Source: a virus. From it: a DNA stretch of 64,000 nt. How positions within the stretch are numbered: the stretch's first letter is position 1; each line of letters begins with the position of its first letter. Where the stretch lies: positions 1 to 64,000 of IMG/VR virus record IMGVR_UViG_3300042261_001186; one strand, 5' to 3'. The notes under the pieces were generated by a model that was given only the letters and a program-made list of their open reading frames with translations, ran no database searches and was not told the DNA's origin. Below are positions 58,282 through 64,000 of this stretch, one piece after another. The position numbers and the translations under genes were made by a program.

Positions 58282-60099
58282 TTAAAATGTTGGGGCTTGA
58301 CCACCTCCTTGACCACCTTGTGGTGGTGCAGCACCTTGACCTCCTTGAGCTGGGGCTTGAGCACCTCCTTGAGCACCGCCCATTTGAGCACCACCACCCA
58401 TTTGAGCACCACCACCCATTTGAGCACCACCACCAAATTCTCCACCACCCATCTGAGCACCGCCACCGCCGAAGTCACCTCCACCGAAACCACCACCGCC
58501 GAAGTCACCTCCACCACCTGGCATTCCACCCATTTCACCACCTTCTGGACCAGCAGCATTACCTGCCCTCTTACGTTCAAGCATTTTATATTTGTTATTC
58601 TCTTCAATATCAGCATCACTGAATTTCATAATATGTCTGATAATCCATTCATTACTTAAATATGGTTTACCTTCAGGATCTTGAATTGAAGAACTTAATG
58701 TCTGTGCAATTTGAGCTCTCTCACTCAAATTCTTTAAATGTCTCCATTCTTCAAATAAAGTATCAGAAATAAAATCTAATCTTATTGCATCATTAAAATC
58801 AACATCATCTTTCAATTCTGGAAAATCTAAAATCATTTGAATTTTCAAAGGTTTCAAAATAATTTCTTTGAAAATAGTTCTTATTCTATTAATATAATTT
58901 TTAAATTTTACTTCATCTCTAGTAACAGCAGCATTTGAATCATAAGCATAAGTACCACCACCATTATCTTCATCAAATCTTTGGAATGGTAATTTACTAG
59001 CTCTTTTTAAAATTTTATAAAACCATTGAAGAACAATATCTTCATTCAAATTCACTTGGTTAGGTTGTAATATTTCAATTGATGGTGTACCACCATTACC
59101 TTCTGGGAACCAGAAATCTTTACTAAATGGAATATTTGTACTACCATTAATAGAAACGGTACCCATCCTATCATCCCATTGAACATCATCATGATATTCA
59201 CTCATCAATTCATAAATTTGTTGTTCAGCTTGTTGTCTAGATAAACCACCTACTGGTATAACAAATTTCTTGTAAATGGAAGCTTGATTAATATTATAAA
59301 GTAATCTAGCTTGTTCAATCATTTTTAATTGATTGTAAGGTCTGATCAAATTTTCAACATAAGATGTTTCTCCATATTCATTATTATTAGAATATGAAAT
59401 ATAAATAATCTGTGAATCTAATAATATTTTTCTCATCTGAGGATTATCTGGATGTTGAATCCAAATCATAGTATTAGTATTAGGATCAGTTGCAACAATT
59501 AAAGTAATTGGATCAAGAGGGGCTAAATCAATAATATTTTTTTGTTTGTCATCATAAATTATTTCATATGCAATATATCCATCAATTAAAAGATTTTTTA
59601 AATATTGCCATGCAATTTGACCTTCATTAAAATTAAATGTGTTTATGAGTTTTGTAAAATTTTCTTGATATTTTTGTCTTATTGTTTGTTCATAATTATC
59701 TGGTATATCTTTTACATAACAAAATCTATTATTGTCATCATATATAATACATTCATCTGCAATTTGTGTGATAAAATCTTTTATTTCATCTTTAATGGAA
59801 TATTGTCTTAATATTTTTCTTTTATCAAGATATGTTCTATCTAAATAAGCGATTGATTTTTTATCTAAAAATCTAGCAATAGTTTTTTTAGTAAATAAGT
59901 CATACATATTTGAACTATTAGGTTGATAAAGAACATCTGTTGTTTCTTCATGTACACCCATAGCATAAGCATTTCTAATTCTCATATCATTGTATTCCAA
60001 CCCACCAAACATTGTGGATAAACTTCGTAATATTTTGTTGAACAAACCAAAATTTGTGTTGTTAGTTTGGTTTCCTCCATATCTATTATATGATGCCAT
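58282..60099 (-). CDS. Portal protein (T4 gp20-like) with Gly-rich C-terminal tail
   Basis: IDG.IAYE, PYNQLKMIE, DFWFP..GG, I..L, SKLPF.RF, TRDEVKF..YI.R.R; position in the gp20-21-23 module. Confidence 0.93.
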   Translation of the reverse strand: MASYNRYGGNQTNNTNFGLFNKILRSLSTMFGGLEYNDMRIRNAYAMGVHEETTDVLYQPNSSNMYDLFTKKTIARFLDKKSIAYLDRTYLDKRKILRQYSIKDEIKDFITQIADECIIYDDNNRFCYVKDIPDNYEQTIRQKYQENFTKLINTFNFNEGQIAWQYLKNLLIDGYIAYEIIYDDKQKNIIDLAPLDPITLIVATDPNTNTMIWIQHPDNPQMRKILLDSQIIYISYSNNNEYGETSYVENLIRPYNQLKMIEQARLLYNINQASIYKKFVIPVGGLSRQQAEQQIYELMSEYHDDVQWDDRMGTVSINGSTNIPFSKDFWFPEGNGGTPSIEILQPNQVNLNEDIVLQWFYKILKRASKLPFQRFDEDNGGGTYAYDSNAAVTRDEVKFKNYINRIRTIFKEIILKPLKIQMILDFPELKDDVDFNDAIRLDFISDTLFEEWRHLKNLSERAQIAQTLSSSIQDPEGKPYLSNEWIIRHIMKFSDADIEENNKYKMLERKRAGNAAGPEGGEMGGMPGGGGDFGGGGFGGGDFGGGGAQMGGGEFGGGAQMGGGAQMGGGAQMGGAQGGAQAPAQGGQGAAPPQGGQGGGQAPTF

Positions 60100-60129
60100 T
60101 TTATTTATTTATTTTTTATTCTATAAATC

Positions 60130-60138
60130 TATATATTA
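60130..60138 (-). promoter_or_regulatory. Putative late promoter TAATATATA (representative; at least 13 exact copies upstream of genes)
   Basis: Also at + 2456, 3273, 6987, 17851, 20066, 33419, 42731, 45885, 50622 and - 13248, 41584, 62147, each 5-45 nt before a start codon. Confidence 0.7.
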
Positions 60139-60142
60139 ATAA

Positions 60143-60928
60143 TTATTGTGCATTTTCATATAGCTTATATTGGTTCTCTATTAACTTCAATTTTTGGTAA
60201 TATTCCTTAACATCATTGTCATAATCCTCAACGGTTTTTTCATAAAGTTCTAATATCTGAGCAAGTTTCAATTTTTCTTTTTCTATATCTGTTTCTTTCA
60301 TAGCTTGAATCATAATATTCTTATTAACTATTTTTGTATTAATAAAAATAAATCTCGGAAGTATATTTGTAGAAACTACATATACTTCAGGACTGCCTTT
60401 TTCTAACCCAACTATTTTAGTATAATCAAATGCTGTTATTGCATAATTAAAATCATTGGCTTTAAGAGATTTGTAAACAGATTCAAAATTTACTTTCAAA
60501 GGTGGTTCATTATTGACATTACCACCACTATCATTGTTTTTAACATTTTTCAATATTATGGATTTGAACATACCTAACAATTTATCAAAATAAACTATCT
60601 TGTATTTATATGGCAAATAATCTAAATTAACAGCATATATTATCCTTTTTTGTAATTCTGCATTATATCTATCATCAATAACAAAAATAGGACACCATAA
60701 TTTATTACCATTATAATTGTATCTTATTAAATAAAATTTACCTGTTTTTATATTTCCATTAAAAGATTTAGTAAATTCTAGATTACCATTTTTTGTTAAA
60801 TCAAATATGATTCTTGTGGATTCTTCAACTAATCTTTTGATGTTACCACCAGTCATAGAAGCATTGTATTCACCCATTAATTTAGTACAATATGACCCAA
60901 ATGATTCTAATCCTTTATATGATTCCAT
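60143..60928 (-). CDS. T4 gp2-like DNA end protector protein
   Basis: GKFYLIRY...W.PIFV...YAVNLDYLP..K pattern; adjacent to the gp4-like gene. Confidence 0.6.
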   Translation of the reverse strand: MESYKGLESFGSYCTKLMGEYNASMTGGNIKRLVEESTRIIFDLTKNGNLEFTKSFNGNIKTGKFYLIRYNYNGNKLWCPIFVIDDRYNAELQKRIIYAVNLDYLPYKYKIVYFDKLLGMFKSIILKNVKNNDSGGNVNNEPPLKVNFESVYKSLKANDFNYAITAFDYTKIVGLEKGSPEVYVVSTNILPRFIFINTKIVNKNIMIQAMKETDIEKEKLKLAQILELYEKTVEDYDNDVKEYYQKLKLIENQYKLYENAQ

Positions 60929-60931
60929 ATT

Positions 60932-61456
60932 TTAAAATACTTTTGTTAGATTATGTTCTTCGAAGTATTTTTCTGTCAAAACTACAAATTCTATCCCTCT
61001 TTTGTTACAATATTCTTTTGCTGCTTTCCATTTTGCCAAATTCCTCAAAAACATTTTCATCCTATATTCATAATTTTCTAATGCTTTCAAAGTATCTTTT
61101 TTTGGAGCAACTGGTGGTATGGTTTCATTATAAGGTTTTATTTCAATAGCTGTTTTTGAAATACTACCATCTGTTTTTTCTATTTCACAATATGCATCAG
61201 GGTGATATCTATGGGTTTCCCATTTACCATTTATTTGAATTTCATATGGTATGGTCATACCTTCAACATTCCATTTTAAAACTCTTGGTTCATTGTCCAA
61301 ATAAAAATACAATTTATATTCCCATGAGGATCTCCAATATATTACACTTGGATCACCTAAATATTTTGAAGGGTGAATAAGATGATATTCACCATGTTTA
61401 TATCTTTCAGTACCATCTGCTCTTTTAACACCATTTGGTTTTGCTCTATAACCCAT
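60932..61456 (-). CDS. Head completion nuclease (T4 gp4-like, TnsA-fold)
   Basis: KYLGDP..I.WRSSWE, IPY, HRYHPD, IEIKP, N.AKW.AA..YC, LTEK. Confidence 0.92.
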   Translation of the reverse strand: MGYRAKPNGVKRADGTERYKHGEYHLIHPSKYLGDPSVIYWRSSWEYKLYFYLDNEPRVLKWNVEGMTIPYEIQINGKWETHRYHPDAYCEIEKTDGSISKTAIEIKPYNETIPPVAPKKDTLKALENYEYRMKMFLRNLAKWKAAKEYCNKRGIEFVVLTEKYFEEHNLTKVF

Positions 61457-61984
61457 TTTCTTTCATTTTCTTTTTTAATTCAAACCATTTATTTAAATTA
61501 TCTTTTTTCCAAAGTGGTTGAAGATTTATTAAAGCATTAACAATAAATCTCGCCAAGCATAATAATATGGTCTTAATTTTTTATCATCATAATATTTTTT
61601 TCTTCTATATTCATTAATTATTTCTTTATTTGTTTCTCTCCATTTTTTTACACTATCAGAATGTTGTTTTTTGTTATTTTTATAATATTCCCTACTTTTA
61701 ATTAATATTTCCTCCTTATTTTCATTGTAATATTTTTCTGATTTTTCTTTGAATTTATCAATATTATTTTGATAATATTTTTTAATTCTATCTTTAATTA
61801 ATTCTTTATTATTTTCTCTATATTTTTTTTCTTTAATTAGAATTTCGTTTTTATTTTTTTCATAATATTCAATATTTCTTTTGTCAATTTTTTCTTTGTT
61901 TAAAATATAATATTCAGCATTTTGTTTTTTAATTTTTTCTTTATTTTTTTCTTTATACTCTTTCATTTTTTCTTTATTTCTCAT
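61447..61984 (-). pseudogene. HNH homing endonuclease remnant with internal deletion/frameshift
   Basis: Repetitive Y..NKE.I N-terminus ends RDLLLML*; an overlapping other frame reads IVNALINLQPLWKKDNLNK (HNH C-terminus) but the catalytic HxDH segment is missing. Confidence 0.7.
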
Positions 61985-62123
61985 CTTTTTCTTTATCTTT
62001 TTTTATTAAATCAATAATATATTGTGTCATTGTAGTATAATTATCTTTTGATTTTTTAGAAATGTAATCATACAATTCTTTATGTATCCGAAAATTGAAT
62101 AATATTTTTTTATCTTTTAACAT
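61974..62123 (-). CDS. Small ribbon-helix-helix-like protein (49 aa, absent from ORF track)
   Basis: MLKDKKILFNFRIHKELYDYISKKSKDNYTTMTQYIIDLI; TAATATATA upstream. Confidence 0.6.
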   Translation of the reverse strand: MLKDKKILFNFRIHKELYDYISKKSKDNYTTMTQYIIDLIKKDKEKDEK

Positions 62124-62204
62124 TTTTCTTTATATTGTCTTTACATTATATATTAAATAAAAAAGGTCAAAAATTTCTATTTTGAAATAAATGACCTTTA
62201 TTTT

Positions 62205-62579
62205 TCAGTAATTGTGGAAGCCTTCACCATCATTCGATGAATCAAGACTCACTATTACAACTTTTTCTTGGTTAGCTTTCTTTTGATTGATTTCATTATA
62301 TCCAGCTGCCATACCTCTTTTAAATACTTCTGAAAAATAAGGTAATGCTAATCTGTATTTTTTCTCATTAAAATTGTACCATTTTTGGAACATGTAAAGG
62401 AGTCCAGTTTGAAGACAATCATTTTTGTCATCTGCTGTTTTGTACATATTGTTCTTTTTTCTGATCATGTTTTCACCTATTAAGACAAGCATTCTTTCTG
62501 CTTTTTTGGTCAAGGTTCCTTTACCTTTGGATAAAACAATTTCATAAAATAAATCGTCGTCGTTTAAATAATTGGCCAT
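62205..62579 (-). CDS. Late-transcription sigma factor (T4 gp55-like)
   Basis: YLNDDDL..EI, LIGE, Y..DDKNDC..G, F.E....ALPYFSE...R. Confidence 0.75.
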   Translation of the reverse strand: MANYLNDDDLFYEIVLSKGKGTLTKKAERMLVLIGENMIRKKNNMYKTADDKNDCLQTGLLYMFQKWYNFNEKKYRLALPYFSEVFKRGMAAGYNEINQKKANQEKVVIVSLDSSNDGEGFHNY

Positions 62580-62734
62580 TTCTTAAAAAATTTTTTTTTT
62601 TAATTTTTTTAATTAAATTTGTAACTTGGGGAGAAAATGCTCGAAATGCTTGTAGATGCTAGAATCTTCTTGAAATGGCCTTTATTGCTGTAGTTTGTAT
62701 TTAATCCTTATAGATAGTGGTCAATGAAAAGTTT

Positions 62735-62770
62735 AAAAAAAAATCCCATATAACCTATATGGGATTTTTT
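62735..62770. terminator. Intrinsic terminator
   Basis: A9-TCCCATATA-ACC-TATATGGGA-T6. Confidence 0.8.
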
Positions 62771-62785
62771 CAATTTTACAAATTA

Positions 62786-63082
62786 TTAAAATCTGATAGA
62801 ATCATCTCTGGTATATACACCATCAACATAAAAAAATATTTTTCTTAATTCATCAACATTATATATGTTTTCTATAATAATCAAAACATCTTCTTTAGTT
62901 GGAAGATGGTAATTATTTCTATCGTAAAAATAATATAAAATATCATTTAATTTTCCACGATCATCTTTATATAATTGTTTGATTTTATTGGATATTTCAG
63001 TTTTATATTTTTCTATACTCCAATTTAAAGGTTGATTACCAAAAAGTTCATTAAAGTCATTAAATTCAAATAATCTTTTCAT
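62786..63082 (-). CDS. Putative internal head protein
   Basis: Leader MKRLFEFNDFNE. Confidence 0.65.
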   Translation of the reverse strand: MKRLFEFNDFNELFGNQPLNWSIEKYKTEISNKIKQLYKDDRGKLNDILYYFYDRNNYHLPTKEDVLIIIENIYNVDELRKIFFYVDGVYTRDDSIRF

Positions 63083-63097
63083 ATTTCTTATTTTTTT

Positions 63098-64000
63098 TTA
63101 GTTAATCATCGCTTTTTTATATTGTGTTTTTTGATCTCTAGTCTTATTCAATTCTTGATATAAAACATGTCTGTGTGTCAAAAGATTGTCGAAAGACAAT
63201 TTCAAATCTTCATTTCTTTCAATCAATGCTTGATGATTTTTCATTTCATCAATTGCTTCATTAACATCTTTAATGTCAAGTTCAATAGATTTTTCTCTAT
63301 CTTCCAAAGTTTTGATTTGTTTCATTTCTTTTGAAAGTTTGTTTTCATAGAAATGTGTTAAATCATAATCCAAATCTTTCTTAACATCATTGATAAGTTC
63401 GTTAACAGATTCATATTGATAGAATGAACTACCTGTACGAATATCTCTGCTATACAAACACATTTTGTTCTTGTAATTGAAAGCGTAAGATTCCAAATAA
63501 GGATTCAAAATGTTTGTGATTTTCAAAGCTATATCTAATTCAACTAAATTGTTGAGGTTTTCTTTAATTGTATTAAGCAATAAGAAATAATCTCTCTTCA
63601 AGTAAGGAATAATTGGTGAATTGAAAATATTTTCAAGTGATGTTTCAGCATCCAATTTTTCTTCATTAATGAACAAAGATTTATCACTTTTTGTTGAAAG
63701 ACTTAACATAACATTTTCATCAATTTTGAAAGAAATTTTGTTATCTTCAATTGTTGACAATTTCATACATTGTTCCAAAATTCTGATTTCTTTGATTTTA
63801 TCTTCATCTTTGATGTAATCTTCAGCCAAAACTTGTTTAACTTCATTTTCATCGATTAAGAACCATCTATCTGCCAAGTAAGCCATATAACCATCACCAA
63901 CTTTTTCAACTATGGTATAAACTTTTTCACCTTTACCAGAGTTTGACATATTTTGTCTTTCCAATGGGGATCTAGTTAAATTAAAAACAAATTTCTTAAT
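63098..64000 (-). CDS. Hypothetical protein with C-terminal coiled coil (5' end probably outside the window)
   Basis: Open frame of at least 288 aa, apparently open to the window edge. Confidence 0.7.
   Translation of the reverse strand: MKKFVFNLTRSPLERQNMSNSGKGEKVYTIVEKVGDGYMAYLADRWFLIDENEVKQVLAEDYIKDEDKIKEIRILEQCMKLSTIEDNKISFKIDENVMLSLSTKSDKSLFINEEKLDAETSLENIFNSPIIPYLKRDYFLLLNTIKENLNNLVELDIALKITNILNPYLESYAFNYKNKMCLYSRDIRTGSSFYQYESVNELINDVKKDLDYDLTHFYENKLSKEMKQIKTLEDREKSIELDIKDVNEAIDEMKNHQALIERNEDLKLSFDNLLTHRHVLYQELNKTRDQKTQYKKAMIN

Noticed and set aside
58197-58659. ORFs of 115-140 aa with VVV, HHH or STT repeats
   Set aside because: Alternative frames of the portal's Gly-rich tail
1-64000. 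Genome-wide TAG-to-Gln recoding (code 15)
   Set aside because: Long genes are intact under code 11 and use CAA for Gln; only one small gene has internal TAGs
1-64000. tRNA or rRNA genes
   Set aside because: Intergenic gaps are short and AT-rich, and no cloverleaf or T-loop consensus was recognised by eye (tRNAscan not run)

Overview
Very AT-rich, densely coding 64-kb segment of a large (jumbo-type) T4-superfamily tailed phage. The host is probably in Bacteroidota, based on TAnnTTTG promoters and a Bacteroidota-style GluRS. It contains the head module (gp55-like late sigma, gp4, gp2-like, portal gp20, a fused prohead protease/scaffold gp21/22, major capsid gp23), a gp14-like neck protein and a 3717-aa Gly-Thr/Ser-Ser repeat fibre. 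It also has the N-terminal half of a split family-B DNA polymerase, tdk, gltX, RtcB, a ClpC lacking its N-domain, a RimK-like ligase, a truncated class II aaRS and homing endonucleases. The most striking structure is a protein 'address code'. About 30 unrelated ORFs start with a T4 internal-protein-like capsid-targeting leader (e.g. MKKFQEFLNE). At least 12 ORFs, nearly all from that set, carry a short tag D-P-[LYF]-x-E-E-x-W (15 copies, plus DPxx[DE]xWWF and EEDIxW[FY]ES variants). The tag is often followed by a putative prohead-protease site, which suggests processed polyproteins. Putative outer virion proteins instead carry dozens of [ST]-G-x-T motifs. No tRNA, rRNA or CRISPR array was recognised. 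All family assignments are by-eye motif recognition, not database searches.
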